A stretch of DNA of 64,000 bases from the sequence record MN871445.1; one strand, written 5' to 3'. Both the position numbers and the translations under genes were made by a program. Below the pieces are notes generated by a model. It was given only the letters and a program-made list of their open reading frames with translations. It was not told the origin of the DNA and did no database searches. Shown here piece by piece: positions 1 through 8,610 of this stretch; position 1 is the first letter of the stretch, and each line of letters starts with the position of its first letter.

Positions 1-2
1 AA

Positions 3-371
3 AAATCGGGTTTTTATGCTGCGACTTTGAAACGTCGGGCAGAAAATAAACTCGCCGCTCTCGCGTCCGGTGAAGTGTCTTTAGCGGCAGCCAGTAGTCT
101 CATCATCATTAGTAAAGAAACCCAGCTGAAAGTTGAAGCAGCTCTGGGTGGTAAGCTGGACAATGATCGCATTCGTGAAATCATTTTCCAAACCACTTCA
201 TCCATGATTCTCGCCGTGGTTGATACCAAATGGGAAGAGGTCACCATGTACGTTAAGTCGCAAGACCTGCCGTACGAAGCACCGGTCTCTCGCCTGAAAC
301 AACTGAACAAAGATGGTGGTGAAGGCATTCTGGACGCCATGCAGAAACTGCTGGCCGGCAAACCGCTCTAA
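3..371 (+). CDS. 5'-truncated probable virion/head protein (C-terminal part)
   Basis: Frame is open from base 3 (KSGFYAATLKRR...) to TAA at 369-371, so the true start is upstream of the window. Capsid-like codon bias; lies in the head-protein cluster. Confidence 0.6.
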   Translation, partial: KSGFYAATLKRRAENKLAALASGEVSLAAASSLIIISKETQLKVEAALGGKLDNDRIREIIFQTTSSMILAVVDTKWEEVTMYVKSQDLPYEAPVSRLKQLNKDGGEGILDAMQKLLAGKPL

Positions 372-384
372 GAGGTTAACGGAC

Positions 385-1296
385 ATGAGCTTATTTGATT
401 TTGTAAAAGGCATCACCCAGAAATTCGAGCGTAACGAGGTCTATGACGATATCGACCAACTGCGTAAATTTCTGACGGGCGATCTGGGCGCCAAATATAA
501 AGACGTCGCTAAACAGTTTGCGCGTGGAGGCTTTGATTCCCCTTACGCCAAGAAAGTTACCGACGTCTACGTTTCAGCTATCAATGACCGTCGACCAACT
601 GAAAACTACCTGGTGTATACCTCGGAAGTGTTGGAAAAAATGGCGGGGCACACCAAAGTACTGCGTGAGCTGGCTGCAACTCATCTGAACAATACCGTTC
701 AAAAAGACGGGCTATCGTTTACGGCGTCTTATCTCCTACAGGTCATTACTGTAGCTGATTTCGTCGTTGAATACGCCAGCCGTAATCTGTATGCGACGAT
801 GGCTAATCTAGCATATCAGAACTCTAAAGGCGATACACTAGTTGCCCCTCAGTTAGTCCCAGCTGAAATTTCTTGGTTGGACGATAACTGCCGTGCATTC
901 TTCACGGCGTTGAAATTGTTCGATGTTGACTCCGCCACGTTGAAACGTAAATTGAATTCTGTACCGGACATGGTCCCGGATATGGCTGATTTCCAGGCCA
1001 TCGCAGAAACGGTCGGTGTTTATACATTGGACCCACTCGGCGTCGGTTTTGTAGAAACCCGTCAAGGTAATCCGTTGCTGCAATTCCGTCTTTGGGTAGC
1101 TAACCGTCAGGTTGCCAAGTATCGTGCGATGGAAGCTGAAATGCAGGCGATTGAGCTGCGTCTGCTGCAACTGAAATATCAGACGGCGGGCAAACCCGAT
1201 CCGGCCGTAGACCAGGAAGTGCGGTATGCGGAAGAGCATCTGTCTTCTTTATATTCTAAGAAGGCCAAGCTTGACGAAAAATACGGGCTGGTCTGA
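385..1296 (+). CDS. Probable virion head-associated protein (phiKZ-like conserved)
   Basis: ATG at 385 after AGAGG (ORF-track start 313 overlaps the previous gene). C-terminal coiled coil; position just before the inner-head paralogs. Confidence 0.55.
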   Translation: MSLFDFVKGITQKFERNEVYDDIDQLRKFLTGDLGAKYKDVAKQFARGGFDSPYAKKVTDVYVSAINDRRPTENYLVYTSEVLEKMAGHTKVLRELAATHLNNTVQKDGLSFTASYLLQVITVADFVVEYASRNLYATMANLAYQNSKGDTLVAPQLVPAEISWLDDNCRAFFTALKLFDVDSATLKRKLNSVPDMVPDMADFQAIAETVGVYTLDPLGVGFVETRQGNPLLQFRLWVANRQVAKYRAMEAEMQAIELRLLQLKYQTAGKPDPAVDQEVRYAEEHLSSLYSKKAKLDEKYGLV

Positions 1297-1311
1297 TAAA
1301 GGAGCACCATC

Positions 1312-1806
1312 ATGGCTATGCCGTACACGCGTATTTATTCCATCGGTTATACTCGCACTACTACGGATGCGGGTTCCATCATGGAACTCAATTCGGATAG
1401 TGAGGCGATTGCTCTGTTTGAGCAGTTAGCCCAAGGTGATGTGGGTCTGAGTAATTGGCCGTATACCAGAAACGCTATTACCTGTGCCAGTCGATTATTC
1501 GGTTCCGATCTCCAAGAATGGTTCGATTCCCAGGCATCGAATGACCGACTGACCGCCAATGCCCGTGGATTGCTCAATGACACCATCGGTTACATTAATA
1601 CGGGCAATCGCAAGGTGTCCTTGCAGTCATGGGCTCGCATCTTAATGCGTGAGCAGGATATGGACTTACCTAAAGGTCCAGGCAAAATTGAAGTCATTAC
1701 CGACCTCAAAACAAATGCACTCACTCAGTGGCTTCGTCACGACCGTGGGCTTATCGACCTGGTAACCACCATGAATATTTTATTCGGGAAAGGGGTTAGC
1801 CAGTAA
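1312..1806 (+). CDS. Conserved hypothetical protein, likely virion-associated
   Basis: AAGGAG SD, 164 aa, operonic with head genes; function not recognised. Confidence 0.55.
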   Translation: MAMPYTRIYSIGYTRTTTDAGSIMELNSDSEAIALFEQLAQGDVGLSNWPYTRNAITCASRLFGSDLQEWFDSQASNDRLTANARGLLNDTIGYINTGNRKVSLQSWARILMREQDMDLPKGPGKIEVITDLKTNALTQWLRHDRGLIDLVTTMNILFGKGVSQ

Positions 1807-1807
1807 G

Positions 1808-1816
1808 ATAGTATGC
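1808..1816 (+). promoter_or_regulatory. Late promoter candidate ATAGTATGC
   Basis: Same 9-mer at 21651 (before capsid) and 42680 (before tail fibre); contains TATG, the phiKZ nvRNAP late-promoter consensus. Confidence 0.6.
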
Positions 1817-1895
1817 TTTTGACGGTTGTTATTTCGACCGTCGCAAACGACATGTCTATTTGAGTTATAACGTTAACGTTTAAAGGATAAATACC

Positions 1896-3323
1896 ATGGT
1901 AATGAAATTGAAAGGTCGCCGTATTAGCCTGGAAGAGCTGGCTGAAGGCAACGTAGACGCAGGCGCCGCGGATGCAGTTGCAGCAGGCGACATCGAAACC
2001 CGTCTGGAAGTGGAAACCCGTCCGGATGTAGACCTGGTTATTGCTGAAGGCGATATCGACGACGCAGCTACTGATGTTGAAGTAGCTGAAGATAACGTCG
2101 ATACTCTCGTTGACACCGGTGAAGAGCTGGCGGTCATCCGCAACCAAATCGCCGATACCCTGGAAGATGAAGGTCTGGACGAAGTTAGTGCCGGCCTGGC
2201 GCGCACTGCCGCCAACATCGCACTGCGTCGCGTTGACAGCGAGCTGGTAACTCCGGCCACTGAAAGCTTCGGCGGTTCTGCCACCGCACGTATGGACAAT
2301 ACCCGCGTAACGATGGAAGCCATCGACGGCAAACTGCGCCAAATCTGGGAAGCAGTTAAGAAAGCAATGATCGAAGCCTGGAACGCATTCAAGGCCCTGG
2401 TCAAACAACTGTTTGACGGTAAAGCCCGCGTAAAAGCACAAGCTGAGAAACTGCTGGAAACCATCAAAGCGACTGCCGGCAATGCCGCTGGCGGTGAGAA
2501 GATCGAAATCAAAGACGCGACCCTGAAAATGATCGCGGTTCAGCGCCCGCTGGCGGCTGATTGGGAAACTCCGGTTCAAGCTATTCTGGCTGGCGTGGCC
2601 GCTGCTGATAAACTGGCTGAGCAGGAAATCGCGTTTAATAACGGTCTGGCGTCTGCGCTGCAGGGTGTTAACCCGGAAGCGGGTCTGGACGAAGCAACTC
2701 GTAAAGTGCTGGGCTTCCTGTCCAGTTACAAACAAGCGGCTGAAGCCGCAGCGACCGCATTCAAAACCATCGGCGGCGAAGCGAAAGCAGACATCGACGT
2801 ACCGGACGGTTTTGAAGTAGTCGTATCCAACGTTCTGCCGGGTGGCTACGCATTTTACATCGTTGCACCGAAAGAAGGTTCTGATCTGTCTCTGCCGGTT
2901 ATCCTGGCCAATACCAAATCCGGTATTACCGAAGTCGAAGTTACTGGCGAATTCTCCGGTGACGTAACTGCGGTATCTGCTGCATCTGCCGTTTCCCTGC
3001 TGGAATCTGTCATTGCCGCAGTTGATGCGCTGGCTTCCGATAAACTCGAAGAGCTGGTTGCTGCACAGGACAAAGTCATCAAAGCCGGTGATGCGCTCGC
3101 CAATAAAGGTGGCGAAGCTGGCCCGCTGGGTGCCCTGCTGCGTTCCCTGCCGCGCGTTGTTCGCGGCGTTGCCAAAGGTTCGGCTGACTGTGAAAAATAC
3201 GCAGTTAAACTGTCCTTCGCGGTAGTCGAAGTTGTTCGTGCTTCTGCACGTACTTACGGCAAAACCGGTACTGATGTTGCAGAAGGTAGCGACGCCGCTA
3301 AAGGCGCTGCTGCTGAAGCCTAA
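1896..3323 (+). CDS. Inner head (ejection) protein, phiKZ gp93-family paralog 1
   Basis: Acidic propeptide with S/A-x-E protease sites (ISLE, ATE, TME at E141), then the amphipathic motif AIDGKLRQIWEAVKKAMIEAWNAFKALVKQLFD typical of phiKZ internal head proteins; strong high-expression codon bias. Confidence 0.85.
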   Translation: MVMKLKGRRISLEELAEGNVDAGAADAVAAGDIETRLEVETRPDVDLVIAEGDIDDAATDVEVAEDNVDTLVDTGEELAVIRNQIADTLEDEGLDEVSAGLARTAANIALRRVDSELVTPATESFGGSATARMDNTRVTMEAIDGKLRQIWEAVKKAMIEAWNAFKALVKQLFDGKARVKAQAEKLLETIKATAGNAAGGEKIEIKDATLKMIAVQRPLAADWETPVQAILAGVAAADKLAEQEIAFNNGLASALQGVNPEAGLDEATRKVLGFLSSYKQAAEAAATAFKTIGGEAKADIDVPDGFEVVVSNVLPGGYAFYIVAPKEGSDLSLPVILANTKSGITEVEVTGEFSGDVTAVSAASAVSLLESVIAAVDALASDKLEELVAAQDKVIKAGDALANKGGEAGPLGALLRSLPRVVRGVAKGSADCEKYAVKLSFAVVEVVRASARTYGKTGTDVAEGSDAAKGAAAEA

Positions 3324-3333
3324 AGCATTGAAT

Positions 3334-3377
3334 TAACACTGCTAAGGGCGGGGGGTGACCTCCGCCCTTTTGTGTTA
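3334..3377 (+). terminator. Intrinsic terminator, two-tier hairpin
   Basis: AAGGGCGGGGG-GTGA-CCTCCGCCCTT (3344-3369) then TT; outer helix TAACAC/GTGTTA. Confidence 0.85.
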
Positions 3378-3395
3378 TCGATAGAGGAATAAATA

Positions 3396-5567
3396 ATGAC
3401 TGCATCAAAATTATTGCGAATCCCTACTCACGTTAAGCGCACTAACGTCTCTCTCGAAGAACGTGAAGCTGTTGCTGAGCGCGATCCGGATATTGTCGAC
3501 ATGTCTCAAACTCCTGATGACGTTAATCCTGATGATGCGGGCCAAGCTGCAACTGCTTCTTCAGAGGCGACATCTCAGGACGGTGACGTGGCAGGCTCTG
3601 CTGATGTCGCCGAGACAAGCACTGACGCGGGTGTTGCGTCTACAGAAGCTACCGGCGACGTTGCCACTGGGGCAGAACCAGATGCCGCTGCATCTGCAGA
3701 TGACACTACGGCGAGTGCCGACGAAACCCAAACCGATGAATCCGGTACCGCTGGCGGTGACGAAGCCACCTCTGCAGCGGCTGATGTCGGTGCAACTACC
3801 GATACCGAAGCCACGCCCCCGGCCGACGATAGCGTCGTAGATAGTGGTAGCGATGCTGCTAACGCCGATCTTGACGTGCAAGCTGATATCACACCGCCTG
3901 AAGAAGCACAGACCACCGAAGCAGATACCGGTTCAGATACTGCAACCGATGCCGGTGACCTGGGTGGCGATGCAGGTATTGGGGAAGATACTGGTTCTTC
4001 CGTAGAACCAGCTGCTGAGTCCACCAACACTGATGTTGAAACCACTACGGATACAACAGATGTTGATACCACCGCATCAACAGATGAAGCTGAACCAGTT
4101 GAAAATCCGGCAGCCGACATTCCGGAAGAAGCTCTTACTTCGGCCTGGGTTCAGGGCGTAGCCGTGGATAACCACGATGACGTCACCGACCTCAAAGATG
4201 GCGAAGAAGAACTGGATGTCTATCAGCACAATGAAAATGAACTTCATGATGCTGCGACCAGTCTGGAAGAGTTACGCAACTGTTGTGTCCCAGTTGCCGT
4301 TGTTACTCACACTGAAACTGATGACCTGAGCACGCCGGTGCAAACCGAAATGGTTGCTGATATCAGTGATAAAGCTGTTGACTTACTGACGGCCAGTAGC
4401 AACCAAGTACTTTCACGCCTGGGAAGTCAATTGGACCTGCCGGCAACTACTGAATCTGCAGGTACTTCGGTTGAGCGTCTTCAGGTCACCATGGAAGCCA
4501 TCGATGGTAAGCTCAAACAGATTTGGGAAGCCATCAAGAAAATGGCTGTCGCTGCCTGGGAAGCATTTGTTAATTTTGTCAAGGGCATCTTTGACAAAGC
4601 ACAACGTATTCGCAACCAGGTGAGTGGCCTGCGTAAATTCGTTGCGCAATACAAAGGCGCTACGCCAGAAGCTACTGAATTTGAAAACAACGCCGTCTGG
4701 GCCGCATGTAGTCTGGAAGTAGGTACCCAGAAATTCGAATTCGACGCAAATAAAATCTCGCCGACATTTGAAACCTACTTGAGTGCGGCGAAACCATATC
4801 TGCTGAATGCAAGCCGTGCCCTTGCGCCGGGTCTTAACATGGTCTTCGATCGGGTTGCCGCAATCGACCCGGAAAACGAGGAAACTAAGAAAGCAATGTG
4901 GGACGCATTTGGTAATCTGATGAATCGGTATACTAAATCCGTCATTATGGTTACCAAAATGGTTGGTGGCGAAACCAAACTGGGTGACCATGAATTAGAA
5001 GGTGGTTCCCTTACTGATGGGTTGCAGCCGATTTATTCTGCCCCTGGTCTGGGTGGTGGTTTCTTGTATGTCGATGTAATGGACCCGAAAGTCAGCGTAG
5101 ATGTCGCTGCGGTTGCATTCTGGAATCGTGCAGGTGCGCGGTATGTTCGGAATCATCCGGTTGTTCCAGAAGGTGCAACAGTTCAGACTCTTTCCGTTGA
5201 ACAAATGGAAACCATGCTGGATCAGATCGACGAAGCCATGGAAACTGTGTTAGAATATCGTTCAACCTTTACGGTGTTCGAACAGCAATTAGCAAAAGGT
5301 CAGCAGGCTACCTCCAAGTTGGCAAATAAACTGGAAAATAGTAGTGAGGCCAATATTGCTATTTTCGCATCGATGAAGTTGGTGCCTAAACTGACTGGAT
5401 TCAACCAAGCCGTAATCAATGGTTTGTATTTCCAATCCAGTGCGATGCTTCAATACATCGTAGCGTCTACCAAGCAATATTCAGCCAATGAAAGCGCTGT
5501 AGATTCAACAGCGCAGGGTGTGGCCGACAAGGGTGCAGGTAAACTGCCAGCACCTGAGGCAGCATAA
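3396..5567 (+). CDS. Inner head protein, phiKZ gp93-family paralog 2, with very long acidic propeptide
   Basis: About 250 aa D/E/A/T-rich region, then ATES...VTMEAIDGKLKQIWEAIKKMAVAAWEAFVNFVKGIFD, nearly the same motif as in 1896..3323. Confidence 0.85.
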   Translation: MTASKLLRIPTHVKRTNVSLEEREAVAERDPDIVDMSQTPDDVNPDDAGQAATASSEATSQDGDVAGSADVAETSTDAGVASTEATGDVATGAEPDAAASADDTTASADETQTDESGTAGGDEATSAAADVGATTDTEATPPADDSVVDSGSDAANADLDVQADITPPEEAQTTEADTGSDTATDAGDLGGDAGIGEDTGSSVEPAAESTNTDVETTTDTTDVDTTASTDEAEPVENPAADIPEEALTSAWVQGVAVDNHDDVTDLKDGEEELDVYQHNENELHDAATSLEELRNCCVPVAVVTHTETDDLSTPVQTEMVADISDKAVDLLTASSNQVLSRLGSQLDLPATTESAGTSVERLQVTMEAIDGKLKQIWEAIKKMAVAAWEAFVNFVKGIFDKAQRIRNQVSGLRKFVAQYKGATPEATEFENNAVWAACSLEVGTQKFEFDANKISPTFETYLSAAKPYLLNASRALAPGLNMVFDRVAAIDPENEETKKAMWDAFGNLMNRYTKSVIMVTKMVGGETKLGDHELEGGSLTDGLQPIYSAPGLGGGFLYVDVMDPKVSVDVAAVAFWNRAGARYVRNHPVVPEGATVQTLSVEQMETMLDQIDEAMETVLEYRSTFTVFEQQLAKGQQATSKLANKLENSSEANIAIFASMKLVPKLTGFNQAVINGLYFQSSAMLQYIVASTKQYSANESAVDSTAQGVADKGAGKLPAPEAA

Positions 5568-5602
5568 CCTCCAGGGGAGGGCGAAAGCCCTCCCCTTTAT
5601 GC
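5562..5602 (+). terminator. Intrinsic terminator, two-tier hairpin
   Basis: AGGGGAGGGC-GAAA-GCCCTCCCCT then TTATGC, which can pair with upstream GCATAA (last codon plus stop). Confidence 0.9.
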
Positions 5603-5661
5603 CCACACCTATTCTCATCCTATGACCATTTCTTTATCAAGCGGCATTAGAGGACGACATT

Positions 5662-6954
5662 ATGACTGGGTTGGTGAACACCCCACAATCAGAATTACCG
5701 AATTCCCCGACGTCGTATGCCGAAGTTCATCAGATGGTGACTGAACTCGCGCACCAACAAAACGACATTAGCAAAAAAGACCAGCAGGTGCAAGAACACA
5801 CTCAGGTCGTTGACGAGCTTCGCAATACTGGCGACATGATATCCGCATTGGGGGCTATCGTTAAATACAATATTGATGGCAAGCCAATGTCGCCGTTCCA
5901 GTCTTCACTGATGAAAAATGCCTTATGGCATAGTGGAAGCATCAGTCAAGAAGCGTATAACAGCGATACCGTCATCTCTATGGAGTCCTTACGCAAAATC
6001 CTGGCCGACATATGGGTTGCAATTAAAAACAGCCTAAAACGTCTTTTAGAGCGTTTAATTGACTTCTTAACGACATACTACGGAATGCTAAATACCGTAG
6101 AAGATTTGGCTTTGAAATTAAAAGCCATACTCAAAGAAAATAATTGGCAGACCGTAACGGTAACCTCGTTTCCATCTAACAATGCGCGCAAAATTGCCGT
6201 TGGTGGAAAACTGAAGTCAACCTGGGTGGAAGACATCGCTGGAACATTGACGGTATTAGCGGACTCGGACAAAAATGTCATTGACGCAATTGGTGACTTT
6301 AATCTTCGCGCTACCGACCAGGTAATTAAAACATTAAAAACGGATAAACTTCCCGATTTCAATTGGGCTGTGTTATCCGGCACAATCGGTACCCTGCGGC
6401 GGACTATGACTGCCACCATATCACGATATGGCGTGACATCATACGCCAAGCCTTTTGGTATTGAAACCTATTACTGTAGTGGTGTATTACCTGGCGAATG
6501 GCAATTGGGCTGTAAACAAATTCCAATTCAAAATGCCGATAGTCAGCATGATGCTGCGCGAGCAATCATTGAGGGTATGGGTGATCAGTATTTCGTCATC
6601 CTGTCTAAAGAACAAGCAGGGCCCGATGCTTTGCCATTACCTTCCTTAAACGTCATTGAATCTGCATGCGACGATATCATCAAAGTAGTCACTACGTTGA
6701 AAGATTCTACTCGCAAACTGGATGTAGAACTCAACGGCACCTTGAAAAAATCCATTGATACAATCGATGGACTGATGCACCGCATTCAGGGAAGTACCGA
6801 AATCAAAGATCGAGAAGCGGTGGACTTCGTCATGCGGGCGACTCAAATATCCAGTAAACTTAGTCGTCCTTATTTGCAATTGCTGGGAAATATCCTACCC
6901 GCATACACTCGGGCCTTATTGCAATGTGTTCTGGTCTATCGTGATGGAGCATAA
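5662..6954 (+). CDS. Inner head protein, phiKZ gp93-family paralog 3
   Basis: ISMESLRKILADIWVAIKNSLKRLLERLIDFL motif after a propeptide; SGVLPG motif matches SNVLPG and SGILPG in other paralogs. Confidence 0.8.
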   Translation: MTGLVNTPQSELPNSPTSYAEVHQMVTELAHQQNDISKKDQQVQEHTQVVDELRNTGDMISALGAIVKYNIDGKPMSPFQSSLMKNALWHSGSISQEAYNSDTVISMESLRKILADIWVAIKNSLKRLLERLIDFLTTYYGMLNTVEDLALKLKAILKENNWQTVTVTSFPSNNARKIAVGGKLKSTWVEDIAGTLTVLADSDKNVIDAIGDFNLRATDQVIKTLKTDKLPDFNWAVLSGTIGTLRRTMTATISRYGVTSYAKPFGIETYYCSGVLPGEWQLGCKQIPIQNADSQHDAARAIIEGMGDQYFVILSKEQAGPDALPLPSLNVIESACDDIIKVVTTLKDSTRKLDVELNGTLKKSIDTIDGLMHRIQGSTEIKDREAVDFVMRATQISSKLSRPYLQLLGNILPAYTRALLQCVLVYRDGA

Positions 6955-6990
6955 ACTCAATGAGGGAGGCTAATGGCCTCCCTTTTATGC
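6949..6990 (+). terminator. Intrinsic terminator, two-tier hairpin
   Basis: AGGGAGGC-TAATG-GCCTCCCT then TTTATGC, pairing with GCATAAA at 6949. Confidence 0.85.
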
Positions 6991-6996
6991 TGAATA

Positions 6997-7255
6997 TAAA
7001 AAAATACTATTTAGGATTACAATTTGAGTACACTTGGGGATGAAACATAAAAGACCTAAGGAAACGTTCCGTGCGAAGCACTCCACGTTACTATCACTAA
7101 TTAAAAAAGATAAAATAAATATACTTAGTAAGAAAGAAAAAAGATCTTAGATTTGGGGGTTTGGGGGAGGGGTAGGAGGAGCGAAGCTCCTCCGTAGGGG
7201 AGGGCCATAAAACATGATCGTGTGGGGAAGGGAAGTAAACCCTTCCCAAATATGC
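6997..7255. other. Structured non-coding element A (GNA mini-hairpins, A-tract, G-tracts)
   Basis: No credible ORF. Two GCGAAGC mini-hairpins (7071-7081, 7175-7193), A-rich tract 7100-7142, five G-runs 7155-7204, hairpin 7225-7247 followed by AAATATGC; layout shared with 48573-48737. Confidence 0.7.
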
Positions 7256-7312
7256 TGATTAATCGTTATTCAGAATTATCGTGTGTTTAACTCTACTAAG
7301 AGGTTTACTATT

Positions 7313-7750
7313 ATGAAACATTCTATTGTCCCTACACAAGCACCTAAATTCAGTATGATGGTAGGTTCCAGATCGTTGGAGACGGGTGTCAAGCTCACCT
7401 TAGAAGGCAATGGTCGCATTGATTTCTCACCGGTAATGTCCCAGGTGGTTGCGCCGAACAATGCACTGCAATCGACGGCATATTGGTCAGAGCGCGAACC
7501 ATCAACCTACTTTCTTAGTCTAGGCCAATATTCGTGTACGCCGTGTGGAATCATCAAATTCCATGAGGGGGATGTTGAAGAACCTAATGGAACGACGGTG
7601 GAGTCTTTGCTTCATGTCGTTGAACATCGACTCGAGTACCATCAATCCGGCGAATATCCCTGTAAGGAAAATGCAGCGGCATTGAGTGCCGTACGGGCCG
7701 CTTTGGTCGCGTTACATCATCGTAGCGAAAAACAAGGAAAAGTATCATGA
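7313..7750 (+). CDS. tad1: Tad1-like (Thoeris anti-defence 1 family) immune-signal sponge, divergent
   Basis: IKFHEG...NGTTVESLLHVVEHRLEYHQSGEYPCKENAAALSAVRAALVALHHR aligns with the recalled cbTad1 core IKFQKG...[46 protein letters not shown]. ATG at 7313 after AAGAGG. Confidence 0.75.
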   Translation: MKHSIVPTQAPKFSMMVGSRSLETGVKLTLEGNGRIDFSPVMSQVVAPNNALQSTAYWSEREPSTYFLSLGQYSCTPCGIIKFHEGDVEEPNGTTVESLLHVVEHRLEYHQSGEYPCKENAAALSAVRAALVALHHRSEKQGKVS

Positions 7751-8610
7751 TTCAAGTTGTATCTGCCTTTCCTGGCTGTGGGAAGAGTTGGTTTCATCGA
7801 CAGTTTACTGATGTTCTGGATAGCGATTCCAGTGCTTTTGATAAATCGGCATTCCCACAAAACTATATCTGCCATATCCGCAATACGATGGTACGAGATA
7901 AATGTATCTTTGTTAGCAGCCACGGTATGGTCAGGACTGCCATGATTGATTCTGGAATAGAATATATCCTGGTTTACCCCAGCCACGATATCAAAGAGGA
8001 GTTCCTCGAACGGTATCGCAAGCGCGGCAGTGAACCTCAATTTATTGAATTGTTGGATAAGAACTGGGATGGCTGGATTGGGGAATGTCAGGGGCAGCAA
8101 GGCTGCGTGCACGTGGTATTGCAATCAGGCCAATATCTCGCGGACGTCATTGAGTACGACCCACTTTATCGTCGCTTCACAATTAAAGAAGATGCGACTA
8201 CGTTTACCCCACAGCCGCACAAACATAAAACGGAATACATTGCCGTAGACTTCGATGGGACAATTGTAACCAATGATTGGCCTGAGGTTGGTAAAGATAC
8301 GGGTGCAATTGCGGTGCTGAGGGATTTACTTAGCGCGGGCTGTAAGTTAATCTTACATACGGTCAGAGAAGGAAAAGAGCTTAATGAAGCATTAGCTTAT
8401 TGCGCCAAACATGGAATCGATTTTATCGGAGTTAATGAGAATCGTGAGTTTCCTCCCGGCGGCGTCATCAGAGATAAACCTTATGCGGACGTATATATCG
8501 ATGACCGGGCGATGGGGTGTCCGCTTACTCACAATCCACTCACGCATAAAGAACCTTATGTAGATTGGTTTGCGATTAGAAAACAACTGGAGAAACGAGG
8601 AGTACTATAA
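7747..8610 (+). CDS. P-loop kinase / HAD-family phosphatase fusion protein
   Basis: N-terminal Walker A (SAFPGCGKS); C-terminal HAD motifs AVDFDGT, LHTVR, KPYADVYIDDR; ATGA overlap with the upstream gene. Confidence 0.8.
   Translation: MIQVVSAFPGCGKSWFHRQFTDVLDSDSSAFDKSAFPQNYICHIRNTMVRDKCIFVSSHGMVRTAMIDSGIEYILVYPSHDIKEEFLERYRKRGSEPQFIELLDKNWDGWIGECQGQQGCVHVVLQSGQYLADVIEYDPLYRRFTIKEDATTFTPQPHKHKTEYIAVDFDGTIVTNDWPEVGKDTGAIAVLRDLLSAGCKLILHTVREGKELNEALAYCAKHGIDFIGVNENREFPPGGVIRDKPYADVYIDDRAMGCPLTHNPLTHKEPYVDWFAIRKQLEKRGVL

Noticed and set aside
11-19. TTTTTATGC resembling a terminator tail
   Set aside because: Lies inside an open frame (GFYA) and no hairpin is visible in the window.
1737-2735. 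332-aa and 210-aa antisense ORFs over inner-head gene 1
   Set aside because: Same codon-bias shadow; sequences look like mirror translations.
3463-4120. Alternative-frame ORFs over the acidic propeptide
   Set aside because: By-products of low-complexity codons.
7313-7750. Acb2/Vs.4 assignment for the sponge-like gene
   Set aside because: Motif pattern fits Tad1 (IKF-x2-G, RL-x3-Q-x-G, ENA-x-AL), not Acb2 as recalled.
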